Virus record (IMG/VR): IMGVR_UViG_3300035670_000170
Location: 4,977-68,976 of that record
Length of the DNA: 64,000 bases
Origin: a virus
Direction: 5' to 3' (one strand)
Positions 8,500-17,602 of the stretch are shown one piece after another (position 1 is the stretch's first letter; every line of letters starts with the position of its first letter). The notes beneath the pieces were generated by a model. The model ran no database searches. It was not told the DNA's origin and saw only the letters and a program-made list of their open reading frames with translations. The translations under genes were made by a program, and so were the position numbers.

Positions 8500-8748
8500 T
8501 CATACTGTGCCAGTTATTTCTATTGCATTTCCATAGGTATAATGAGGATGGCTTTTTGTCCCAGTTTTATAAAAGTTGAAGAAACTATCATAATAACTCA
8601 TTACCCCATTGTTATCCCAACATCTTAATGCTCTTAATGTAAATGTGTTTTCTTTTACTTCACATACTACACCAGTTTCAATCATTCCTTTTTCTTCAAA
8701 AGTTACCGTTTGGTTTAGTTTTACGTTATCAAATTTCCTTGTTTTCAT
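8500..8748 (-). CDS. hypothetical protein (AT-rich accessory)
   Basis: 82-aa ORF with A-rich leader. Confidence 0.7.
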   Translation of the reverse strand: MKTRKFDNVKLNQTVTFEEKGMIETGVVCEVKENTFTLRALRCWDNNGVMSYYDSFFNFYKTGTKSHPHYTYGNAIEITGTV

Positions 8749-8831
8749 TGTTCTTTGTTTTTTACGTTCTTTGTTTCTGAAAGGTTACGATTCAAATATC
8801 ATTTTACCAAATCGGGCGCGGCAAAAATAGG

Positions 8832-8927
8832 TCAGCCATACGTCACCCACATAAGGCCAAACATCACCAAGGCAATGAACACAACATACAACACTATGTA
8901 CAATAACACGGTTACAATGGTTCTCAT
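8832..8927 (-). CDS. small membrane peptide (31 aa)
   Basis: MRTIVTVLLYIVLYVVFIALVMFGLMWVTYG; ATG overlaps the upstream stop; paralog at 9560..9697. Confidence 0.55.
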   Translation of the reverse strand: MRTIVTVLLYIVLYVVFIALVMFGLMWVTYG

Positions 8928-9193
8928 GCGCCAGCGTGTTTAATCTTGCCGCGTGAACGCGTTACCCTGTCCTGTGCTGCGCGCAGCAATAAGTCACAAC
9001 AACATTCCTCTATTTCATCCATCGTGTAGCAGGTGGATTCGTCTACTTGATCTTTCACGTGATCGTTATATGCGTCGTACATCGAAGCGTTAGTAATGGT
9101 CGCGCTTACAGACATATCGCCAACCTCCCCATACACCTTGTAATGTCCGCTGCTGTTTGTTAAACCTATGCGGTGAAATTCTACTGCTTTCAT
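8924..9193 (-). CDS. hypothetical protein
   Basis: Start moved to MKAVEF after the AAATAGAAACC leader shared with 10535 and 11792. Confidence 0.7.
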   Translation of the reverse strand: MKAVEFHRIGLTNSSGHYKVYGEVGDMSVSATITNASMYDAYNDHVKDQVDESTCYTMDEIEECCCDLLLRAAQDRVTRSRGKIKHAGA

Positions 9194-9240
9194 GGTTTCT
9201 ATTTGTTTAGTTGTTAATAATTCCTTACCAAATCGGGCGC

Positions 9241-9456
9241 TCAAAACCCATATTTCCGCATAACAGACAATATACGTTCGCCCTGCTTTACTGTCATCTG
9301 ACGCGTACCGTTCAACACACCATTGATATAAAAGGATGTAGTACCCGCTTCAATGGCTATGCCCTTTTTATTTATGCCGGGGCGGGAGAAAAATTCCTGC
9401 ATCCTCTTTACGGTGTCTTCGTCTACCTTCGGCATCAATTTTCTTTTTCTTTTCAT
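9241..9456 (-). CDS. Cro/XRE-like helix-turn-helix protein
   Basis: INKKGIAIEAGTTSFYINGVLNGTRQMT fits an HTH pattern. Confidence 0.7.
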   Translation of the reverse strand: MKRKRKLMPKVDEDTVKRMQEFFSRPGINKKGIAIEAGTTSFYINGVLNGTRQMTVKQGERILSVMRKYGF

Positions 9457-9559
9457 AGCTTGAATGGTTAAATTTGACACGTTTGCACTTGGTTCTTTTC
9501 ACTATCACTATCACGCAAAGCTGTCCGATTTTATCGGACAGCTATGGGGTTGGTTGTTG

Positions 9560-9697
9560 TCAGGACCCATACTTGTTTGTTACGGACGCCCATACGCAAA
9601 AAAACAATACAAGAGCTATAAACATGGAGTAAAGCAATATGTACAATAACACAGTCAGTGCCGCGCGCCCACACGGTCGCAATCGTTTACGCGTCAT
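9560..9697 (-). CDS. small membrane peptide (45 aa)
   Basis: MTRKRLRPCGRAALTVLLYILLYSMFIALVLFFCVWASVTNKYGS; paralog of 8832..8927. Confidence 0.5.
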   Translation of the reverse strand: MTRKRLRPCGRAALTVLLYILLYSMFIALVLFFCVWASVTNKYGS

Positions 9698-10535
9698 AAT
9701 GCTCCTCCGCGTTTCCTGTGCTTATTTCGCGCTGAATGAGTGCCGGAAGTTTAGAAAGGTCGTAACATATCAGGTAATTCGCCCACTCTTCTATGTACTG
9801 AAATGCCTGTTCGTTTGTGCAGCCAATAACGGCAATTACTTTTTTTACACTTGCTTCAGTAACTCCTTCGTAAAAAAACGATAACTCTTCTGTAAGTTCA
9901 TGAATGGTTGTGCCGTCCTCCTCTGTTTCGTATTTGTATGCCCAATAATCCCAGCCCGCGCTCTTCCCTGTTTTGCTTCTCTTCTCATTGCCGAACCATA
10001 CAAAATCGTTGTTTCTTTTGTGACTGTCATTGCTGAACCAATTACCGTTCTCCCACTTGCCGGCCTCTTCGTTAATTATATCGTGCCCCCCCTTTGAGTT
10101 TAGAAACAAAAGTTTTGATGAGCCGATATAAGACGATATTAGTTCCCTCTGAACCTCGTTTTTTAGAAAGTCATTAGGCAATCGTTTAAGCATTTCGTTG
10201 AAGTGGAATGTATCTGACCGTAAATTGTCGCCAAGGCCGGAGATTATTCCGTTGTGAACAAATCCCAAGTTTTCAGAAACAAAAAACGGGTGAAGATTTA
10301 CGTACTTTTCGTGACCGCTTGTAGCTATTCGGAAGTGCAGCACTATTTTGCCCTGTATGGATGCGCGCACCGTTTTATATCGTTTCTTAAACTCATCGAA
10401 ATTGTAACTCTTAAACTCGTACAGTTTGCCGTTGTCGGAAAATAACATTCCGGCTCCTTCGGGGTTGTTGTCCCAACTATTTTTCAACTCGTTGTCAGTT
10501 ATTACGCCTTTGGCGTTCAAAATTGCTATACACAT
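9687..10535 (-). CDS. class II glutamine amidotransferase (Ntn hydrolase)
   Basis: N-terminal MC, NPEGAG, HFRIAT, HPF, HNG, SDT, WFSN. Confidence 0.88.
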   Translation of the reverse strand: MCIAILNAKGVITDNELKNSWDNNPEGAGMLFSDNGKLYEFKSYNFDEFKKRYKTVRASIQGKIVLHFRIATSGHEKYVNLHPFFVSENLGFVHNGIISGLGDNLRSDTFHFNEMLKRLPNDFLKNEVQRELISSYIGSSKLLFLNSKGGHDIINEEAGKWENGNWFSNDSHKRNNDFVWFGNEKRSKTGKSAGWDYWAYKYETEEDGTTIHELTEELSFFYEGVTEASVKKVIAVIGCTNEQAFQYIEEWANYLICYDLSKLPALIQREISTGNAEEHYDA

Positions 10536-10574
10536 GGTTTCTATTTTTTTATTTGTTGTTACTTTATTTTATTG

Positions 10575-11792
10575 TTATCCCACGTCCTCGCCCTCGTATT
10601 CCTTTGTGAATTTTATCAGTCTGTTTTCAAGTTCTTGCATCCTTTCAAGCGTCGTGTACTGTTCCTGAATTAAAGGTTTCAACGTATCGCGGAAATTTAG
10701 AAACGACTGTCTCGGGCAGTCTGTGGGGTTATTGCAGATATACTCTATCAGACGCGTCCTCCACATCAGCGTATCAAAATTCGGAACAGCGCTAATTATC
10801 CGAATTTCTATCCTGTTTGAATGTATGCGGATGGCTTGGTATTTCGCATTGTCGTTTTTCAGGTCGGCATTGCTTTTCCCTTTACTGTAATCTTTGTTCA
10901 CTCGTCCAAAGTAAAGAGCATAAAATAGTGGCGTATATCCCTTCACCTTATCAAAAAACTCCATGCCAGAAAGTCCCGATTCGCTAACATTTATATGCCC
11001 TCCGCACCTTTCTGACTTGTCAGCGTTGATATGCCGCATCAGTGTTTTGTTGTCCTTTATTGTTTCGCGTATCTTGTCGGGCGCAAGTTCAAAAATGGGG
11101 CTAACGAGTTCAAATCCTGTATCACTGTCTAAACTTCCGTCCCTTTCTTTTATCCAATATGGGCACGTTTCGTTAAATTCACTAATCATCAGTGAATTTC
11201 TTACATCTTCATCCTCCTTCTCTATTTCGTAGCCAATAAAAAACTTGGGGTTTTCTGTAAATTTAACAACATGACCCCTTTCGCCATCGTGGTATCCAAT
11301 CACATACTCCTCCTCCGGTTCGTAGTGGTACTCTTGGTCGGACTCCCAGAAGTACGCGTTGTCAATATGTGTTATATCACCGTCATACATCACCACTAAA
11401 TCGTGATACTCCAGCGCATCGTCATCGTAATAATCGCCCCGATACTCATGTAATCCCGCATCACTAACCGCCGTTTCACTGTATATGGACTGTCCGCGGC
11501 CTACATACACATCTCGAAAATCGCTCGTATGTTCTTCGTGATATTCGCAGAACGCCACATCCTCAAGTAGGCGAACATCACCCTCTAACGTTATACAATA
11601 ACTATCATGCGAATAGGCCTGCCTATCGTGAAAAAATACTTCGTCATTCGCGCACTGTTCAGCCGTGCAGGTTTCATCCTTTATTCCGGCAATAATAGCG
11701 GGCAAATGGTTGCTATGCACGTTCACAATTTCGCGGGCCTGTTCTTTGTCGTCGCAAATTGTCAGCAGGTCTCTTAATTCCTTGGTTTTCAT
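10575..11792 (-). CDS. putative phage amidoligase (COOH-NH2 ligase)
   Basis: GYEIE, DGSLD..GFELVSP, CGGHIN, KY.A, IEIR, with an acidic Cys/His N-terminal region; next to the amidotransferase. Confidence 0.8.
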   Translation of the reverse strand: MKTKELRDLLTICDDKEQAREIVNVHSNHLPAIIAGIKDETCTAEQCANDEVFFHDRQAYSHDSYCITLEGDVRLLEDVAFCEYHEEHTSDFRDVYVGRGQSIYSETAVSDAGLHEYRGDYYDDDALEYHDLVVMYDGDITHIDNAYFWESDQEYHYEPEEEYVIGYHDGERGHVVKFTENPKFFIGYEIEKEDEDVRNSLMISEFNETCPYWIKERDGSLDSDTGFELVSPIFELAPDKIRETIKDNKTLMRHINADKSERCGGHINVSESGLSGMEFFDKVKGYTPLFYALYFGRVNKDYSKGKSNADLKNDNAKYQAIRIHSNRIEIRIISAVPNFDTLMWRTRLIEYICNNPTDCPRQSFLNFRDTLKPLIQEQYTTLERMQELENRLIKFTKEYEGEDVG

Positions 11793-12847
11793 GGTTTCTA
11801 TTTGTTTATTTGTTTTACGTTGTTTTGTGCCGTTGTGTTACCAAATCGGGCGCCTCAATTAAAAGAGTAAGCATACCTTTTAGCTTCCATTGCAAGCCCC
11901 CATATAGTAGGGGTGAATTTGTATCGCTTCATGGTTTCTGTGTTTTTAATTATACTTCTTGTACGGCATCAGCGGAAACAAGGTTACAAAAAAATAGCAA
12001 AAAATAACCACGAATTTTATGCCGCTGACTGCCAATGAGTTACAGCACGTTGACGAACAAAAAAATTTGAGTTGTCTGTTTTTTTCGTCCAAGCCGTTTG
12101 TAAATGGCTAATTTTCAAACTTTGGCACGGTTTTATTTTTGTGCCGTTGTGTTACCAAATCGGGCGCGACAAAGAAAGGGAAACCACATAGGCACCAACA
12201 GTAGAGAAAGGAACAGACCAACAAAGGTAGCACACACACCAACGGGCAAAGCATGGATGAATTTGGCACGGTGGCTATCCCGTCCTTTAATCCTTTCAAT
12301 CTGCCGGAATTACTTGGCAAACGCCGTGAAACGGGCAACGAACAAACGGTGCGGGTGCCTGTGTTTTGGTTGTGCTGTCCCGTAATATGCATTATGTTAA
12401 ATTGTGGCGCAATTAGTCGGGCTGCGCGGCCTGTTAACTGCCTGAACGTCACCGGACGTACAAAATTTTCCGGTATGGGGCATGGGGTGGCGGAAACGGT
12501 TTTCCTTTGGCCGACCCACCCCCCGATACATACATACAACCCCACCCCGAAGCCTGCGTTGACCAGTTCTAAACGCCAGTGGTTTACAGCCACTTAGGGC
12601 AAACACCAAAAATTTGACTACTATGTATCAACCACTTGCGTATCCATTTCTGCTGGACTAAAATTATTTGTGCGATATTGGCTTTTGTGTTGTTGTTTAT
12701 TTGGCAAAAATGCGAAGTGTTCGCGGGGCGGTACAAATTATGTTTGGTTTGTTTGGGTATTTTGTGGTTAGGCGATGATTTTTGTAAAAATTGGTGTAAC
12801 CTTGTTGTGTGGTGATGCGTAATAATGGGAAACAAAAACACAGAAAT

Positions 12848-13528
12848 ATGACACCGAAGTTTAAGAGGGGAGATAGGGTGAAGAATCTTGTCGAGGATGG
12901 CACAATAAAAAGGGGCGCAACAGGAACAGTGGACGACGACGGGTCTTGCACTCCGTGGGTGATTTGGGATAGTCACGAAATGTTATACTTCGTGATAGGT
13001 GTAGGAATGCGTCGCTATCAAGCAGAATCCGCGCTTGAACTGATTGAGGCGGATGACAAGTCCCTTGCGTTAACCAAAAAACACAGAACAATGAAAAAGA
13101 TTGAGCAGGTAAAAGCAGGCAAGGCTGCTATTGAGAACACCGGAACGGTGGATGAGTTGAACAAGGTGTTAAAGTATTGTTGGCCGGATGATTTAGAATC
13201 CGCCGGGGTTGGTCGTTATTATTACGATGATGAAGGGTGGTGGAGGTCGTATAACCGCAACCCACTTGCAACCTCATACACCGTTCAGGAACTACTCGCG
13301 GAAATTGAGGGTGGTGTTGGCCTTCCAGTTCAGGAGTTGACTTTGCCCACCTTAACCAAGCGGGAGTATTTCGCCTTACAGGGCTTGCTTTCGATATACG
13401 ACACCATAGATATTGTCCCTAATAAAAGCAACGTCGAATACATGGCTAAACTTGCCGTATCAGCCGCCGACGCTCTTATTGCAGAACTTGAAAAATACTC
13501 GGTCAACGCCAATAGCAATGCCCGCTAA
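12848..13528 (+). CDS. composite hypothetical protein (KRGDRV domain plus further segments)
   Basis: Start MTPKFKRGDRV; a second A-rich leader and ATG at 13091; TAA stop lies in a CGCTAAC core. Confidence 0.7.
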   Translation: MTPKFKRGDRVKNLVEDGTIKRGATGTVDDDGSCTPWVIWDSHEMLYFVIGVGMRRYQAESALELIEADDKSLALTKKHRTMKKIEQVKAGKAAIENTGTVDELNKVLKYCWPDDLESAGVGRYYYDDEGWWRSYNRNPLATSYTVQELLAEIEGGVGLPVQELTLPTLTKREYFALQGLLSIYDTIDIVPNKSNVEYMAKLAVSAADALIAELEKYSVNANSNAR

Positions 13529-13563
13529 CTGGTGGCTTGTGGCTACCAGTATCGTTTAGCCCC
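13523..13563 (-). other. conserved array-head site, copy 4 (inverted)
   Basis: Minus strand GGGGCTAAACGATACTGGTAGCCACAAGCCACCA-GTTAGCG. Confidence 0.75.
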
Positions 13564-13624
13564 TTACCAAATCGGGCGAAACAAATAAATCGTGTTGTCC
13601 GTATAACGATCAAATCAAAAGAAC

Positions 13625-14020
13625 ATGAAAAAACTGACAGAGAAAGAGTTTTTTGAGGCGCCAAGAAAGATTCAATTCATCTACATGACAGAATTTGTTG
13701 GCATGAACTTTTTTGAGGAAGCTATGAGGGAACATCCTGAATACTTCCCTGAAGAAATTGAGAAAAAGAAAAAATGGGATGCTATACCGCAAGAGGTACA
13801 CGACAAATACTGGGAAGAAATGCGGGAATTAGACAAGAAACTTATGAAAGACGTGCCGCCAAGCAAAGGCGTCTTATACTTCGCCATCAACCCAAAAGAA
13901 TTCGATGAATGGCATGAAAAGCGGGATGCCGCGCGAAAAAAAGGCTGGCGGGAACGAAAAGCCATCCATGACAAATTCTATTCCCAATATGGTATTGAGT
14001 GGACAGGACGAGAACTGTAA
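13625..14020 (+). CDS. hypothetical protein
   Basis: 131-aa ORF with A-rich leader. Confidence 0.75.
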   Translation: MKKLTEKEFFEAPRKIQFIYMTEFVGMNFFEEAMREHPEYFPEEIEKKKKWDAIPQEVHDKYWEEMRELDKKLMKDVPPSKGVLYFAINPKEFDEWHEKRDAARKKGWRERKAIHDKFYSQYGIEWTGREL

Positions 14021-14031
14021 ATCAAAAGAAC

Positions 14032-14235
14032 ATGGCTATTTTTGAAAGAATGAAAACCTGTCAGAACTGTTTTGGTAACGGCAGGGTTGGAACCCAGACA
14101 AAGGGGTTTAGGGTGTGTGAAAGCTGCGATGGCACGGGTGAGGTGCCTATGACGGATGAGGAGATTGAGGTGGAGAGGTATTGGGATGAGCAGGACATGA
14201 GGTACGATAGGGAACGTGAAATTGACTGGTTATGA
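14032..14235 (+). CDS. DnaJ-type zinc-finger small protein
   Basis: CQNCFGNG and CESCDGTG (two CxxCxGxG). Confidence 0.7.
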   Translation: MAIFERMKTCQNCFGNGRVGTQTKGFRVCESCDGTGEVPMTDEEIEVERYWDEQDMRYDREREIDWL

Positions 14236-14612
14236 CAAAGCAGAAGAAGATGGTTAAGGCGCTGAGGGAACTTTTTAGGGAGGCGTATAAGAAGGCTGAG
14301 CCTGTGGGGGACTATGATGCGCTGATGGCTGACTGGGTTAGGCGTAGGGATGAATACTTTTTGTCGCGCCCGAATTGCCATCCTGCTGATGTGCAGCGTG
14401 ACTTTTTGGAGGAGAATGTGCCTTTTTACCGCTACCACTACTTAGACGAAAGGGTGTTTGGCGCTATGGTCAGGTACTATGTAAAAAGTCTAAGGCTTAC
14501 CCACCTGTTAGAAAGACAGTTTTGTGCCTCTGCCCACCTTGGGGAAGCGCCGTCGGGTAATAGGGAAGAAGTAATGAGGCTAAGGAAAGAAATGTTTGGG
14601 GAGGGTGGGTAA
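14232..14612 (+). CDS. hypothetical protein
   Basis: 126 aa, ATGA overlap with the previous gene. Confidence 0.7.
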   Translation: MTKQKKMVKALRELFREAYKKAEPVGDYDALMADWVRRRDEYFLSRPNCHPADVQRDFLEENVPFYRYHYLDERVFGAMVRYYVKSLRLTHLLERQFCASAHLGEAPSGNREEVMRLRKEMFGEGG

Positions 14613-14636
14613 TTTTGTCGCGCCCGATTTGGTAGG

Positions 14637-14678
14637 GGATAACATAGGGCTTGTGGCTACTGGATGCGTTTAGCCCCC
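14637..14678 (-). other. conserved array-head site, copy 5 (inverted, apparently empty)
   Basis: Minus strand GGGGGCTAAACGCATCCAGTAGCCACAAGCCCTAT-GTTATCC, followed 2 nt later by TACCAAATCGGGCGCG. Confidence 0.78.
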
Positions 14679-14720
14679 GAATATCGCATATCGCGATACG
14701 CGATAATTTAATCTAACTAT

Positions 14721-14918
14721 ATGGCTAAGAGAAGGAAACGCACTGGTTCAAAGTGCATGGTTTGTGGTAAAAAGGTCGTTTGGGGAAGGGACGGTCGCCC
14801 TTTTATGTCGGATGGGCTTGAAACGGGGGCGTTATTCGGCGCATGGATTGGCATGAAACACTACCATTGCGAAAATAATTTCGACAAAAACGAAACCCTT
14901 AGCAAAACGGGCGCGTAG
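14721..14918 (+). CDS. small Cys/His hypothetical protein
   Basis: 65 aa with CxxC...HxC. Confidence 0.55.
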   Translation: MAKRRKRTGSKCMVCGKKVVWGRDGRPFMSDGLETGALFGAWIGMKHYHCENNFDKNETLSKTGA

Positions 14919-14937
14919 AAGAAAGAAAAACAAAACC

Positions 14938-15252
14938 ATGAAAAAGCTATTTGTATTGATTATTTCGGCGATGCCGATTGTTGGATTTGGTCAGGACAAG
15001 ATTGACGCCATGATTAACAACTTTGACAACCTAAAGACGAATGATGGTTCGTTGTTCTTCTACACGGATGAAGACCCAAGTGTTTGCACGTTTATCAAGG
15101 GTGGATTTGGGGAGTATGAGGTTGGTCATGTGTTCTCTGGTGAGCCGTGTGTTCTTAATGGGGTGTGCTTTAGTGCCAAACTGAAGGGTAGGGGGGGTAT
15201 GATGTGGAAAAAGGTGGGCGACGACAGGTGGGCTGTGTATGTGTGTTTTTGA
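14938..15252 (+). CDS. putative secreted hypothetical protein
   Basis: MKKLFVLIISAMPIVGFGQ is a Bacteroidota-type signal peptide. Confidence 0.7.
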   Translation: MKKLFVLIISAMPIVGFGQDKIDAMINNFDNLKTNDGSLFFYTDEDPSVCTFIKGGFGEYEVGHVFSGEPCVLNGVCFSAKLKGRGGMMWKKVGDDRWAVYVCF

Positions 15253-15332
15253 CCCGCCCGATTTGGTATGCAATTAGATCGTGTCTTTAACGGTTTTAGC
15301 CAAATGCGTACTTTTGTGTAAACACTAATGAT

Positions 15333-15842
15333 ATGTTTATACGCAACGGTAAAAACGGCGACGGGGACAAGGAAAAGAAGAAGAACCGGAAGGACGCAAA
15401 GAAGAAGGGTGGCAGCGTAAGCTGCAAGCCCGGAAAGGTATGTGAACCTAACCCCAAGGTAAAAGAGGAAGACGTTAAAGGTACTGGCACAAAAAACAAG
15501 GGACAAAAGTTTTTCGTTGTAACAAAGGATGTTGACGTAACCAGACCTTCATCTGATGACGTGCGGTTTCTTGGCGGTGGCTCAAGGAATCCCCAAAGCG
15601 TGTATTCATCGAAAGCTGAATCATTAAGGCCAAATAGGAAAAGTGCGCGTGTTTACAAAAGGGTTGTCAAAAGTGAACTGAAAAAAGAAACGCGCAAGGC
15701 ATCGGACGTGTCGCCAGCGACAGGAAGCGCAACGGTTACAATACAAAAAAAGCGAATATATGGCGCTGGTTCGGGCAAGGAATCAAAACTTGGTCGCGTA
15801 AAAACAACAAAGTACAAGGCGCGGGGCGAAAGAAAAAGGTAA
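15333..15842 (+). CDS. Lys/Arg-rich hypothetical protein
   Basis: 169 aa, strongly basic, TACTTTTG upstream at 15309. Confidence 0.7.
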   Translation: MFIRNGKNGDGDKEKKKNRKDAKKKGGSVSCKPGKVCEPNPKVKEEDVKGTGTKNKGQKFFVVTKDVDVTRPSSDDVRFLGGGSRNPQSVYSSKAESLRPNRKSARVYKRVVKSELKKETRKASDVSPATGSATVTIQKKRIYGAGSGKESKLGRVKTTKYKARGERKR

Positions 15843-15904
15843 TTTTTTTTTCTTAGAAACGAAACCCTTACCAAAACGGGCGCGTAGAAGAAAGAAAAAA
15901 CAAC

Positions 15905-16273
15905 ATGAAAGCCATCATCACAATAGCCATCGCGCTAACAACACTATCTGCATCAGCACAGTGTAACAACAAAGAACTGGCAGACGTTCGCTACGTAATT
16001 GACAACTACACCGCGTTCAGAAAACAAGTCAAAGCCAACCAAGGGAAATACTATTCAGAGGATTCGTCTTACGTTGATAGTAGGTTGGTGTACTTCTGTT
16101 CAACCACAGACCCGCTTACGCTACCCGAATTTTACAAGTGCAAGCGGTACAAGAACAAAGTCGGTGATGTGCCTTACACATACCAGACGCGTAAATGCAA
16201 AGAGTTCCTTATTACTTGCTTTGAGGCATCCGGCTGTCCGGGCATCTATCGGTACACATTCTACAAGCTATAA
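15905..16273 (+). CDS. putative secreted hypothetical protein
   Basis: MKAIITIAIALTTLSASAQ signal peptide. Confidence 0.75.
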   Translation: MKAIITIAIALTTLSASAQCNNKELADVRYVIDNYTAFRKQVKANQGKYYSEDSSYVDSRLVYFCSTTDPLTLPEFYKCKRYKNKVGDVPYTYQTRKCKEFLITCFEASGCPGIYRYTFYKL

Positions 16274-16301
16274 TTTCTTAACTTTGGCGAAAGTATTTAC
16301 A

Positions 16302-17024
16302 ATGCCAAAGCCAAGACGCAAAAGACCTTATCGGATAGGTCACGTAGAGCAATCGCAGACGTTCCGTTACAGTGAGGAGAAAGAGCCGAATGTGGAACAT
16401 ACTCAAGTTGAGGTCGATAAGAAAGGTCAGAAAAAGACTGTCCTACAAAACCTCCGCAAGCAGTCTATGTACAGCGCTGAACAAGCCGCACAGGCTGGCG
16501 CCGTAGCCCCTGTGCCAAAAGAGCAACTTAGCGGTGGCAAGGAAAAGACCCCTGCCGAACCCGAAAAGAAAGACGTATCTACCAACACCAGTTACCTAAG
16601 AAGCAAGAAGAAAATTGCTGAAAGGCTACGTCAGGGCGGCACCACAAAGCGTGCTAAACCAAAAGACTACGGGCGTAAAAAGGCCGACGACGGAACTGTA
16701 ACACGTGAAACGACGGCTTACGAACGGTCTACCCAAAAGTATTACCAGCGTGGTAAAGGAAAGGGTACCGTTAAAACATCCAAGAGCGAACGGTTTGTAT
16801 TAGACCCCGAAGGCAAAAAGGCTATGCGTACACACGGCGTAAAGGAAAAGTACGTCCGTGGTGCCGTTAGCAGTTCCGTGCTGCGTGCCACAGAGGGCGA
16901 AGGGGCTGGCGGTACTACCAAGGAGAACCAAAAGACATCCAAGGGCGAGGTGTATCGCGGTAAGAAAAGACGTACATTTGTCATTGAAGGTGATGCCCGT
17001 CTAAAAAAACGCAAGTATTTCTAA
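16302..17024 (+). CDS. Lys/Arg-rich hypothetical protein
   Basis: Start moved to MPKPRR; TAACTTTG at 16279. Confidence 0.75.
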   Translation: MPKPRRKRPYRIGHVEQSQTFRYSEEKEPNVEHTQVEVDKKGQKKTVLQNLRKQSMYSAEQAAQAGAVAPVPKEQLSGGKEKTPAEPEKKDVSTNTSYLRSKKKIAERLRQGGTTKRAKPKDYGRKKADDGTVTRETTAYERSTQKYYQRGKGKGTVKTSKSERFVLDPEGKKAMRTHGVKEKYVRGAVSSSVLRATEGEGAGGTTKENQKTSKGEVYRGKKRRTFVIEGDARLKKRKYF

Positions 17025-17353
17025 TGGTTGAAATAGCCACCATACTTTTTATTTCACTGCCGATTATCGTGCTGTGGTATGCCATATACCGCGAGAAGCG
17101 TATGGTTAGCGAAGGGGTGAACATCATTGAGGTCGATGACAGCGATGATGTTGTTGCCGTTCCTTATAGTGATGGGAGTTCCCGTGTGGTGTTTTTGAAG
17201 CGGTATCAGATTCCGTGGTGGAACAGCTTAACATCGCGACAGAAAGCGGAGGTTTGGAAAGACATTCAGGATGCCGTTAAGCGTGGCGACCTTGAGTACG
17301 TTAAAGACGATAGCGGTAAGATAATTGGAATTAGGAATGGACAACATAATTGA
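17024..17353 (+). CDS. membrane-anchored hypothetical protein
   Basis: N-terminal hydrophobic helix, TAATG overlap. Confidence 0.75.
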   Translation: MVEIATILFISLPIIVLWYAIYREKRMVSEGVNIIEVDDSDDVVAVPYSDGSSRVVFLKRYQIPWWNSLTSRQKAEVWKDIQDAVKRGDLEYVKDDSGKIIGIRNGQHN

Positions 17354-17600
17354 TAACAGGCCGATTATTCGGATTAAGTGGGGGCCAGACCTAAAGAGCC
17401 AATACTACGTTTCCCAAGAGGTTAGTGTTGGTGCCGCCGGAACAGCTATCGTGACGCGCATTGTCCGCGATCAGTTTGAATACCTAAAGACTGGGCGTAG
17501 CGTGTACCACGTCTATGCCTTATTTGAACAACGGGAGGTCGTCCTTCGGTCAAGCGATGGGCTACCCGCTGAAATAAATTATGACGCAACAAAACAATAA
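17337..17600 (+). CDS. hypothetical protein
   Basis: Compact ORF within the operon. Confidence 0.7.
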   Translation: MDNIIDNRPIIRIKWGPDLKSQYYVSQEVSVGAAGTAIVTRIVRDQFEYLKTGRSVYHVYALFEQREVVLRSSDGLPAEINYDATKQ

Positions 17601-17602
17601 TC

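Noticed and set aside
12104-12976. ORF-track calls in the divergence zone
   Set aside because: They overlap on both strands, have unnatural composition and lack the A-rich leaders of the real genes.
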